A stretch of DNA of 63,057 bases, the filler included, from Octopus bimaculoides (lineage: Eukaryota), in the NCBI RefSeq assembly GCF_001194135.2. It is 5 parts of 4 records of this genome, joined end to end, with 100 filler letters (N's around TTAATTAATTAA, not from the genome) between each part and the next. Parts side by side here need not be neighbours in the genome. Positions count along the whole stretch, not along the records: positions 10,881 to 28,942 come from NC_068990.1; 4 more parts are not named here. One strand, given 5' to 3'. The position numbers were made by a program, and so were the translations under genes. The notes below the pieces were generated by a model. That model searched no databases. It had not been told where the DNA came from and saw nothing but the letters and a program-made list of their open reading frames with translations. Positions 12,225 to 23,008 of this stretch are shown here, piece by piece. How positions within the stretch are numbered: position 1 is the first letter of the stretch; every line of letters starts with the position of its first letter.

Positions 12225-12640
12225 TCGGTGCTGTGTTTACAAGGTAGTAATATTTGAAAGCGACTTTCATGGCATGTAAACAACGTGTAATTCGTTCAGT
12301 TAATTTATTTATGACCATTTCCAAAGTAAGTAAGATTCATAGGAATTCGTCAGAGCACAATCCACAGGTCCTAGAATGTGTGCTGTAAGGTCTTGCATAT
12401 CGTATAATTGACCATAAAATCTCATATTTAATCCTGTCGGTTTTCAGTTGTCATAGAAAATCCGCCAGTGATGTCACATGTCTTCCGTTCAATTTTTTTT
12501 AAATTAGAAACATGATTTCTATATCGATTCTCGAAAGAATCAACCGTGGCACCAACGTACACATAAGGGCACCCCTTCATGTGCACAGTGCATTTATAGT
12601 CGATGTTACGAGTCATGCAAAGATTATCCAATGGGCAATT
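12225..12640 (-). mobile_element. Penelope-like element remnant, GIY-YIG endonuclease region
   Basis: CMTRNIDYKCTV...YVGATVDSFENRYRNH (ORF 12428..12631), then ILWSIIRYARPY...CGLCSDE...INKLTE...RCLH. Confidence 0.8.
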
Positions 12641-12714
12641 AAATTTATACCTGTAGGAACACCTATTTGTGGCCGTATATGTGTGTGTGTGTACGCGAGC
12701 GTGTACTCCAGACT

Positions 12715-12885
12715 GGACGGGACGCTAGTCTGTCCCAAGACTACTCATTCTCCAATACTGAATAGACTGGAGAAACAGGAAATTAACTATTTTTCTCAAG
12801 AACACAACGCATCACTCGTACCACAAATCGAAACCACAATCTTACGATCATATTTGCGACACCCTGACCACTAAGCAATGCGCCT
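12715..12885 (-). mobile_element. tRNA-derived SINE family G (second copy ~36945-37095)
   Basis: Minus strand ggcgcattgcttagtggtcaggg...gtttcgatt...gtgttcttgag. Confidence 0.65.
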
Positions 12886-12917
<32 letters not shown>

Positions 12918-13678
12918 ACACACACACACANNNNNNNNNNNNNNNNNNNNNNNNNNNNNNNNNNNNNNNNNNNNNNNNNNNNNNNNNNNNNNNNNNNNNN
13001 NNNNNNNNNNNNNNNNNNNNNNNNNNNNNNNNNNNNNNNNNNNNNNNNNNNNNNNNNNNNNNNNNNNATATATATATATATATAATATGACACTACACGG
13101 TAAATCATATGTGTATATACGATGGACTTCCGGACAGTTTTTGTCTGCCAAAATTTTCCACAAGGCATTTGTCAAACCGAGGCTCAACCGTGTTCTAATA
13201 AACCTCTGATCATAGATATTCAACAGCAACCATTTCATTTGTTAAGGCCATATAGGACTGCATTATCTCATTTACCTTAACTTTATTTAAAACAGTATGT
13301 TATGGATTCGGACGGATTTTGGCTGCAATTTCCAGAACTTTGAGTGACAAAGTAAAGGCGCACTTGTCTCGTTCTTCTATTCATGCTGGTGGTACAAGTG
13401 ATGGGGGAGGGGGTACAGGTGGTGGTGTGTCATGTGTCAGGCTTGTTTGTTGTTGCTTTGTTCTGGTAGTAGTTGTTTATGTTGTTATAGTGGCTCATTT
13501 GTTAATGTAATTATGGTTTCTGTTGTGATAGTTCTTACGGTATAAATTTAGGCATAATTAAATCGTTAATAAATTTACTTCGGAATTATGAGAATTCATG
13601 ACAGTGCACAGTATATTTTTACTCTTTTATGCGTTTCAGCCCAATGGCTGCTGCCATGCTGGGGCATCGCCAGTGTTA

Positions 13679-14165
13679 TCACCCTTTCAGTGGCCATTCT
13701 TTTGTGATTGACTTTTGGTGAAGGAAAAAGTTCGATATTGTTCCTCTGTTTTGAGTTTCTTGCTGTGGTGTTGGTTCATCTGGGACCTTTGACAGCTGGA
13801 AGTCAATTTGTTTCTTGAAAACATCTACCTCTACTCTATGTAGATCTCTCAGATGTTTTGTCAAGGTATTAAATAGCAGTGGGCTCTTGAATCCCAGGCT
13901 ATTGCAGTACATGGTCCTCACTCTAGACGATATAGCTGGAACATTTGGAACAGAGCAGTGACGTCCAGTTTTGGTACTGGTATAGTTCTTCATGTCAAAG
14001 TTTGGTGCCAACCCATGCAGGATTTTCCATACATATATCACTAGATATCTCTCCCGTCTTCGCTCCAGGTAGTTGATTCGTTGCTCTTTTAGGCTCTTCC
14101 AACAGCTCAGCTGTTCGACTGATGAAATCTTCCTGATATAGCATTACTGAACCGCCTGAAGCTCC
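13679..14165 (-). mobile_element. CR1-like LINE 3' fragment, same family as 133-1230
   Basis: ORF 13679..14041 IYVWKILHGLAPN...YCNSLGFKSPLLFN...VPDEP. Confidence 0.88.
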
Positions 14166-14503
14166 GCTATTAATTTGATATTGCGGGGTAACATAATTGC
14201 AAGCCGATCTATACCATGTGGATGAAAGGAGAGTGGAGAATAAACTGAAACTATATGGGTACTCGTGTGATTGATTGTACCTGCAATTTTATAGGGGTTA
14301 GTCTAGTTACATATTCTCTAAAGCTGATTGGTGGATAAGGCATGAGAATTTTATTAAGAGTACACAAACACATGAAATACTCAGCCTGCATATACCTTAA
14401 TTTAAGGAGTTGGCGATTCAGTTGATCAAACTGAAACCTCCTCGTGAAACTGACGAAGAACCCACCAAAAAGTATTACTTTGTGGTACACCTTGTTCAAT
14501 GTC

Positions 14504-14504
<1 letters not shown>

Positions 14505-14552
<48 letters not shown>

Positions 14553-14553
14553 T

Positions 14554-14621
<68 letters not shown>
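14505..14621. repeat. (TAG)n microsatellite
   Basis: Directly visible. Confidence 0.95.
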
Positions 14622-14622
<1 letters not shown>

Positions 14623-15264
14623 ACTGTTGCTTTTATTGTTGTTGCCAAGTTCCTCTGTGCTGCTCCATCCATTTTGTTTGCAGCAGCGTGTCTCGATTAA
14701 ATTAGATTTTCGAAATCTGTTTTTTCTTTTTTTTTTCGTTTTTAATGATGGTAGGTAGGAAGTATGGGTGTTGTTCCTTGAAGGTCATGGAACTGCATAT
14801 GGACTTCTCATAGAATCTCGTGTATGTGCGTGTGCGTATATATATTCGGATATTGAGGGAAAGTATCTGTGTGTGTGTGTGTGTACGTGCGTACGTGTAA
14901 GTGTGTGTACGTGTAAGTGTGTATGTGTGCGTGTATGTGCGATCGTGCATGTTCAGAATTGCTGCAACAAAATGATATGTAGCTTCACTAACACTGTAAT
15001 CTAAGTAATTAGAATAATTATATTTATGTTTAATTAAGTTTCGAAACACTTCTCTATATATATCTTATTTGTTGTAATTTAATTGTTGCTCTATTTATTT
15101 ATTTATTTATTTATTTATTGAGAAGTGTGTCATACCTGCTTAATTGACGAGAGGCTCATGTACGAAACATCAATTATAATTTTCTTACATATAATAAATT
15201 GCCCACAAGCATGAAAAATTATACGGACGTACACATAACTTCGATTTCTATATACGCATATATA

Positions 15265-15929
15265 CAAGAGACTGCTGAAAAGTTCTTGGTTTTTAAGGGC
15301 ATCGTGAAAGGAGGCCCAGCCTTCCGAGTTCTTTTTACAGAGCTTAGAAAAACTGAAGGACCGCTGCAATAAGTGTGTGAATCTGAGAAATGAATATACT
15401 CTTTCACTCTTTTACTTGTTTCAGTCATTTGACTGCGGCCATGCTGGAGCATCGCCTTTAGTCGAGTAAATCGACCCCAGAACTTATTCTTTTGGATGCC
15501 TAGTACTTATTCTATCGGTCTCTTTTGCCGAACCGCTAAGTTACAGGGGACGTAAACACACCACCATCGGTTGTCAAGCGATGTTGGGGGGGACACAGAC
15601 ATACAAATATACACACACACACACACACACACACATACACACACACACACATATATATATATATACATATATACATATATACGACGGGCTTCTTTCAGTT
15701 TCCATCTACCAAATCCACTCATAAGGCTTTGGTCGGCCCGATGCTATAGTAGAAGACACTTGCCCAAGGTGCCATGCCGTGGGACTGAACCCAAAACCAT
15801 GTGGTTGGAAAGCAAGCTACTTACCACACAGCCACTCCTACGCCTATATGTTGAATAAAATCATAACTAACTGATCCTCCTGTATTTTTTTAAGCAAAAA
15901 AATAGCAGGAAGTTTTCAGCAACCCCTCG
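15265..15929 (+). mobile_element. Mariner MITE with TA flanks, interrupted by a SINE
   Basis: TIRs caagagactgctgaaaagttc / gaagttttcagcaacccctcg; transposase C-terminus KDRCNKCVNLR..YVE* split by the SINE. Confidence 0.8.
15405..15844 (-). mobile_element. SINE family A, full length, nested in the mariner MITE
   Basis: Reverse complement of the 5922-6320 element. Confidence 0.9.
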
Positions 15930-16286
15930 TATATATAATTTAATTAATTAATCGAAGTGGTGTCCTCATCTTGATTGTTGCTTTCACTACTTTTCGGCTT
16001 TGTATGTTCCAGCTTTCTTGAGTTGTCTTGTGATTCACTTTAGTGCCTTTCCTGAGATTGAACTCAGAACCTTTGGGTGACTGCACTGCATTAACCCAAT
16101 ATCTTTTATTCACTACACCATGCCCTTAGGTAAGTTATAGAGTGAAATTTTAAGGCTTACAAAAATCTCCATTAATATCTTTGGTAAAACCGAAAATCCT
16201 TTATGTATGAAGAGATATACGTCCAGCTGTGGACTGCTACTTTCTATCTTTGAAACTTTAAACGTTCGCTTATATGTGTATGTTAT

Positions 16287-16648
16287 GTTGTTGTTGGCAC
16301 TCCGTCGCTTTGATCAACGGAACAACCTGCTCGTGAAATTAATGTGCAGGTGGCTGAGCACTCCACAGACACGTGTACCCTTAATGTAGTTCTCGGGGAT
16401 ATTCAGCGTGACACAGTGTGACAAGGCTGACCCTTTGAATTACAGGCACAACAGAAACAGGAAGTAAGAGTGAGAGAAAGTTGTGGTGAAAGAGTACAGC
16501 AGGGTTCGCCACCATCCCCTGCCGGAGCCTCGTGGGGCTTTAGGTGTTTTCGCTCAATAAACACTCACAACGCCTGGTCTGGGAATCGAAACCGCGATCC
16601 TATGACCGCGAGTCCGCTGTCCTAACCACTGGGCCATTGCGCCTCCAC
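16287..16648 (-). mobile_element. tRNA-derived SINE family B with 11-bp TSD tgtgtatgtta
   Basis: Head gtggaggcgcaatggcccagtggttagg...ggtttcgattccc; TSD at 16275-16285 and 16650-16660; possibly the tRNA-Arg-related octopus OR type (inference). Confidence 0.9.
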
Positions 16649-17214
16649 GTGTGTATGTTAATGACAATATGTACAAGCAGTACTTCCTAAGACGTATAAA
16701 GATGTCACTGAAGTGGATATAGTAAGATCTGCGAAATAGATTTTCAAGGGCCAATAGTTCCCTTCTTAATGCACGCTGCTGTCTGCTAAACGGCACTGGC
16801 AGTGAGTTAGATCTTTCAAATGATTTATCATAATCTTTCTGACTGACGGATGTATTAGTATCCTTTTTTCTTTCTATTTTTCTCTTTTGTTTACTTTCAT
16901 TTTCGCATTTGTTTCCGAACAGAGTGTAAAGAAAACGTATGCTCCGTTATTGATTCTTCTTCATGATAGCATCTATTTTCACAATGATATCAATTCTGAC
17001 ACGTTATGATATCAAATATAGTTTCAAGGTGCTCTGACTATTTACATTTGCATGTGTGTCTATGTGAGTATGCGTGTGTGTGTATGAGTGTGTTGGTGTG
17101 TAGGTGGGTGGGTGCGTAATTTAATCTCCGTGTTCGTATATTTGTGCTTGTGTGTGTGTATGCGCGTGTGTATCTGTGTGTAAGCGTGTGTATGGACGCG
17201 AATGTGTGAGCGCG

Positions 17215-17258
<44 letters not shown>

Positions 17259-17462
17259 TAACAAAGCTAATATTTTAAAACTGTCATTTACCTTTGTCAG
17301 GACTATTTGCAAAACGTGCGTGAATATGGAATAGACCAAAAGTAATAAAGACTAAATATGCATAAAGAAAAAGAGATAGAAAAGGAAAAGAACATAGTAA
17401 TTGAAGGAGAAACAGACGGAGTAGAAGATGGAGGAAGTGAGGAAGAGATGGGGAGGAGGAAA

Positions 17463-17464
<2 letters not shown>

Positions 17465-17514
<50 letters not shown>

Positions 17515-17546
17515 TGCTGTAGTAGTAGACGAACATCATGATGATG

Positions 17547-17592
<46 letters not shown>

Positions 17593-17617
17593 TGAAAACA
17601 AGATGCAGAAGAAGAAG

Positions 17618-17652
<35 letters not shown>

Positions 17653-17680
17653 CTACTACTACTACTACTACTACTATTAA

Positions 17681-17719
<39 letters not shown>

Positions 17720-17720
17720 A
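17465..17720. repeat. Compound trinucleotide microsatellite (AGT/ATT/AAG/AAC/ACT)
   Basis: Directly visible. Confidence 0.95.
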
Positions 17721-19254
17721 GCAAAAACAACAACAGCACCAGCAGTGGCAACAACAAACGACAAGAGCGAAAGAAACTTTTTATGAAAACAAAACAAACA
17801 AAAGTGGAAAACAATCACAGCGATGTCGAAGAAAAAGAAGAAAAGGATTGGAACTACAACGGCGTAGAAGAAAATAATACATGAATAAATAAGATAAAAC
17901 ACATAAATATAGAAATCAAACAACTAGCTAATAGACATATATAGATAAGTGATCTAAACAGACGTATTTCAAGTTAGATTTGCATAGATACGTGTGAAAA
18001 CGCATCAAACAGTCCATGCACTAATATATTTCAATAGATTCATACACACGTGTATCTAGTCCCGGAGACTGGTAGAACACGTAGATCTATAATACTAGAC
18101 ACCGGCTATATTGATTTAATCAGGACATTTCGAAGACGTGACGATTCAATCAGAGCAACACCTCGTGTTGGCCGCCATTTTCTGATAGATTCATTTTCGT
18201 GATGAAAAAGGAAATTATGTACATACATACATACATACATACATACATAAATATGTACATATATATANNNNNNNNNNNNNNNNNNNNNNNNNNNNNNNNN
18301 NNNNNNNNNNNNNNNNNNNNNNNNNNNNNNNNNNNNNNNNNNNNNNNNNNNNNNNNNNNNNNNNNNNNNNNNNNNNNNNNNNNNNNNNNNNNNNNNNNNN
18401 NNNNNNNNNNNNNNNNNNNNNNNNNNNNNNNNNNNNNNNNNNNNNNNNNNNNNNNNNNNNNNNNNNNNNNNNNNNNNNNNNNNNNNNNNNNNNNATATAT
18501 ATATATATATATATATACATATATACGTACATATATATGTTATACATGAGTGTATATGATGTTTATATGTGTGTGTATGTATTTGTATACACGTCTGTAA
18601 TGTATTTATTGCGAGGAGATGTGTTTTTGTTTGTTTTTGTTTTGTTTTGTTTTTGCGTGTTAAGTTTGTATTAAATGTATTCGCATACACATATATGTAA
18701 CGAAAGGAAATCATTTTAATTTCAGTATCGGCCGGCATTGGCCAGCACATCAGCCACCATCTTTAAGAAGATAAAGAGAATGATGTTACATTTTGAGATA
18801 TTTGGATATTCGCTTCGTAACGTCCGCACAAGCAAACGAAAATGAAGAAAAACAATCAAAGCCAAATCGAAAAACAACAACATCAAAAGAACAACAACAT
18901 CACATACAAAAGTCACGAGGACATTGTTTCTAAACGCACAAGCTGATGTTTTATAGACCAGTCGAAATGAATATTAAGTACTGTCTCAAGTACTGAAGAT
19001 CAATAATATGAAACGAACGAATAGATAGGAAGAATATGTTTAATATAAAATAAAGGCTGCATGTCAAACGTTCACGAATACGATAATTTTTATCTTAATA
19101 CATTGTTCTAAACAATTATCATTAACTGCAGTTGTTATTATTGTTGTTTTGTATCTAAAGGTCAGCCCTCGCGAAGAACATGTTGAAATAAGTTCCAGCA
19201 TTCACTATACTTTTCTTTTTTCACTTAATATATACACAGACATACAAACGCGCG

Positions 19255-19630
19255 CATTTTGTTTTAGTGATTTGACTGCGGCCCTGCTGGAGCACCGCCT
19301 TAAAGAGTTTAAGTCGAACAAATTGACCCCTTGACATTTTTTAAGGCCTACTACTTATTCTATCGCTCTTTTTGGTCGAACTGCTAGGTTGCGGAGGTAT
19401 AAACACACCAACATCTGTTATCGTGCTATGATGACGGGGATAAACACAAATAGAAAGACATAGACATATAGATATAATATACTTATATATACGACGGGCG
19501 TCTTTCAGTCTCCGTCTACCAAATCCACTCACAAGGTTTTGGTCGGCCCGAGGCTGCTACAGTAGAAGACACTTGCAGCGCAGTGCGACTAAACCTGGAA
19601 GCATGTGGTTGTGAAGCAAGCTTCTTACCG
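19255..19630 (-). mobile_element. SINE family A copy
   Basis: Same head, core and tail motifs as 5922-6320, reversed. Confidence 0.85.
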
Positions 19631-19680
19631 CACAGCCAACCCTACACCTATGATATATATTTATATATAAATATATAAAC

Positions 19681-19865
19681 GTGGAGGCGCAATGGCCTGG
19701 TGGTTAGGGAAGCAAACTCGCGGTCGTAGGATCGAGGTTTCGATTCCCATACCGGGCGTTGTGAGTGTTTATTGAGCGAAAACACCTAAAGCTCCATGAG
19801 GATTCGGCAGGTTGCGAATCCTGCTGTACTCTTGCACCACAACTTTCTCTCACTCTTTCTTCCTT
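19681..19865 (+). mobile_element. SINE family B, 5' half
   Basis: gtggaggcgcaatggcctggtgg...ggtttcgattccc...aaaacacctaaagc. Confidence 0.85.
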
Positions 19866-19959
19866 TTAATCTGAATGTTTATTACAGCCAGTTGCCGAGA
19901 CACACCCGATGTCTGGGGGCGAGTGAAGGATGAGAGATGTTACAGTATGACTGAAAGCG

Positions 19960-21345
19960 TGGGGAGAGGAAGTAGCGAAATATTTTCATGTAATACAACA
20001 CAGAGATTTAAATGAATGGGGTTTTTCTAAGGATGTGGGCAGTACAATATTTTGAATTTCTCTGAGACATGGTTCTCTTGGGATATTATTTAGATGTTTC
20101 TGGCATCCCTTTTTTATCATACCTAGGGCACCCACAATAACAGGAACAGTTTTCGCTTTAAGATATCACATCTTTTTTATTTCAATTTCCAGGTCCTTGT
20201 ATTTACTTACTTTGCCAAATTCCTTTACAAGTATATTTTTATCAGTGGGAACAGTTACATCTATTAGTCTACAAGTATTTTCTTCCATGTCTTTAATAAT
20301 TATTCTGGTCGATCAGCTTGGATCATTGTATCAGTGTCGACAGGAAAATCCCAGAGAGTAGCGACATGTTTACCTTCAACGACTGACTCAGGATGATGTT
20401 CATAACAGTAAGCAGGAGAGTTCATTTTGTAGTGTTTACATATTCTCCAGTATAAATAATCGTGGCGATTTTTGTATTCGTTTGGTGTCAGGACAGGACA
20501 TCCCGAGACGAGATGGTCTATTATTTCGTCAAATGTATCGCACAATCAGCATTTAGGGTCAGAACTGTTTTGAAGAACGTTAGCCTGGTAGATTTTTGTG
20601 AGCAAGCTTTGGTCTTGTGCCGCCAATATTAAACCTTTAGTTTCTGCTTTCAGTCCTGAACTTCTCAGCCACTGATGAGTTGTTGCTTGGTCTACATCAG
20701 CATTTCGACTTCGTAGTATATACTGTCCATGCAGAGGCTTCTGGCTCTATCGCTCTTCAGTTTGTTTCTGTCCGTTCTCTTTTGCAGTCAGCTTGATCTA
20801 CTTTGCTTGTTCTGTGGCAGTGGTTTCAGGTTCTTCAAATATTTCAGGATTAATGCCAAGTTTCCTTGCGAATTTGCAAGCTTCCTTGACAATAGAATGT
20901 GATCTTTTGCTGTTTTCGTGTTTGCACACAAGTCGCAGTGTTCAGTCCTCTATACTGAATAAGTACCTGTTCACTGCTATCGTGGAGGTCTTATAGCACA
21001 GTTCTACCTGCATCATTCTTCTCCCCCCCCCATTACTTCCAGATATGTACAGACGCTGAGCATCTGCTTTTGGGTGGTGCATGTTCTTAGAAGTTAGTAG
21101 TTTTGGGGGGGGGTTTTTGTCTTCCTGTCCAGGTTTTGGAGCTCTGAAAGATTCCAGTTAATGATGTTAAAACTATATTGGACCACTGGAAGTACCAGGG
21201 TGTTAATGACTTCGATGCGATTTTTAGAGTTGAGTTCAGTTTTTAATATCAGTCTTATTCTCCTGTAATATTCCTTTCTTATTTTTTCCTTCATAGTAGC
21301 ACGTTGCATACCATACCCTTCGTTTATCCCTACGTATTTATTATT
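19960..21345 (-). mobile_element. R4/Dong-like non-LTR element (RT thumb, CCHC, restriction-like endonuclease)
   Basis: ORF 21094..21387 (KEYYRRIRLILKTELNSKNRIEVINT) and 20300..20545 (EIIDHLVSGCPVL...RHD...LWDFPV...DRP), followed by IDVTVP..N...KYKDL...PVIVGALG. Confidence 0.92.
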
Positions 21346-21347
21346 AT

Positions 21348-21565
21348 CAAGGCGGCAAATTGGCAGAATCGTTTGCACGACGGACAAAAATGCTTAGGAA
21401 TATTTCGTCCGTCATTATATTCTGAGTTCAAATTCCGCCGAGGTTCACTTTACCTTTCATCCTTTCGAGGCCGATAAATTAAGTACCAGTGAAACACCGG
21501 GTTCGATGAAAGCGAGTGGTTCCCTCCCCAAAAATTTCAGGTTTTTTGCCTTTAATAGAAAGAAT
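21348..21565 (+). mobile_element. SINE family C
   Basis: aaggcggc..tggcagaatcgtt...gagttcaaattccgccgagg...tttcatcctttcgagg.cgataaattaagtaccag. Other copies near 21940, 23768, 24180, 25068, 25300, 34780, 38520, 39490, 42817, 50450, 58070, 59835, 61651. Confidence 0.88.
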
Positions 21566-22082
21566 TATCAATGCGACAACCTAACAGAATCGTTAGCGTC
21601 TCATTCAAAATGCTAATTTCTTCTGTATTTACGTTCTGAGTTCAAATGACGCCTAGGTCGACATTACCTTTCATCCTCTCAGGATGACTGTCATTCGCTA
21701 CATTGTCCACATTCGTGCAGTTTTGTCTTTTAGTAGCTTGCACTTTTCAGCATTTTCCAGCACTCAATTACCAACTCATGTCTCTCCAGGTATGACAATA
21801 TCCATCACCTTGGTTTTTTTTTTCTTTCTTTTTATGCACTATAACAATGTCTGGTTTCCCACATCAATCAATATGTCATACTGCATTGTAGTGACGTCTT
21901 CTGGTTAATGCTCGTACGGTTTATTATTATTTTACTATTCGAGGTCGATTTTGTCTTTCATGCTTTCGGGGTCGATAAATTAAGTATTAGTGAAACATTG
22001 AGGTCGATGTAATCGACAAGTCCCTTCCCTAAAAATTCCAGGCCTTGTGCCTTTAGTAGAAAAGATAATAATAATAATAATT

Positions 22083-22084
<2 letters not shown>

Positions 22085-22114
<30 letters not shown>

Positions 22115-22395
22115 CTTTGCATAGCTTCTAACGCTGGAGATGTACAACGGTGCCAGTTGTTTACTACCAGTGAACTAAGGCAACGCCGCTTATTTTTCGA
22201 GCACCATCTGGAGTATTCGAGCGGTTCCAAGCAGTGATATTTTCTGCAAGTGCTCCACCCTTATTGCAGCCCCTATTTGTTCCATGTACTTCTCAAGATT
22301 TTTACTCACTGTTCCCAGGTCTCCGACAATTATTGGTAACACTACCACATTTTTCATAGACTATAACTGCTTAACTTCCCATGCTACTACATTTT
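22085..22395 (-). mobile_element. R4/Dong-like element, extreme 3' end with a (CAA)n tail
   Basis: VVVLPIIVGDLGTVSKNLEKY...LQKISLLGTARILQMVLEK*, then UTR and caacaacaa. Confidence 0.85.
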
Positions 22396-22483
22396 ATTAA
22401 GAGCTAATTGGAGGATCACTTAAGTCTTCTGCTTTATTTTCATGAAATAAAGATGGGTTCGTTTTTGATTGATAGATAGATAA

Positions 22484-22534
<51 letters not shown>

Positions 22535-22767
22535 CATACATACATACATACAAACATACATACTTATCTTTTACATGTTTCAGTCATTAAACTACGCTCA
22601 TACTGGAGCACCGCCTTAAAGGTTGTTTTAGTCGAGCGAATTGACCCCACTACTTTCTTCCCTTAAAGCCTCGTACTTGCTCTATCGGTACTTTTGCCGA
22701 ACCGCTAATTTACGGGGACGCAAACACTCCAACACTGGTTGCTAAGCAGTGATGGGAGACAAACACA

Positions 22768-22814
<47 letters not shown>

Positions 22815-22925
22815 GTATATGTTAAAGTCTGTCATACCGGCCATGATGAAATACCACAAGGTATAGAAAATACGTATTCGCCTTTATATATTTAATCCTT
22901 TATATTGAACACTCAATATTTCATC

Positions 22926-23008
22926 TATTCAATAAGACATATTCCATATATTCAATAAGACATATTCCATATATTCAATAAGATATATTCCATATATTCA
23001 ATAAGACA
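22926..23008. repeat. 23-bp tandem repeat, 3.6 copies (tattcaataagacatattccata)
   Basis: Directly visible; one substitution in copy 3. Confidence 0.9.

Noticed and set aside
16560-16648. tRNA-like A/B boxes here and in other SINE heads
   Set aside because: No complete cloverleaf; they continue into SINE bodies, so they are not tRNA genes.
18171-18182. GCCGCCATTTT YY1-like motif / AAAATGGCGGCC start context
   Set aside because: The minus-strand frame closes after 10 codons, and a single short motif is insufficient.
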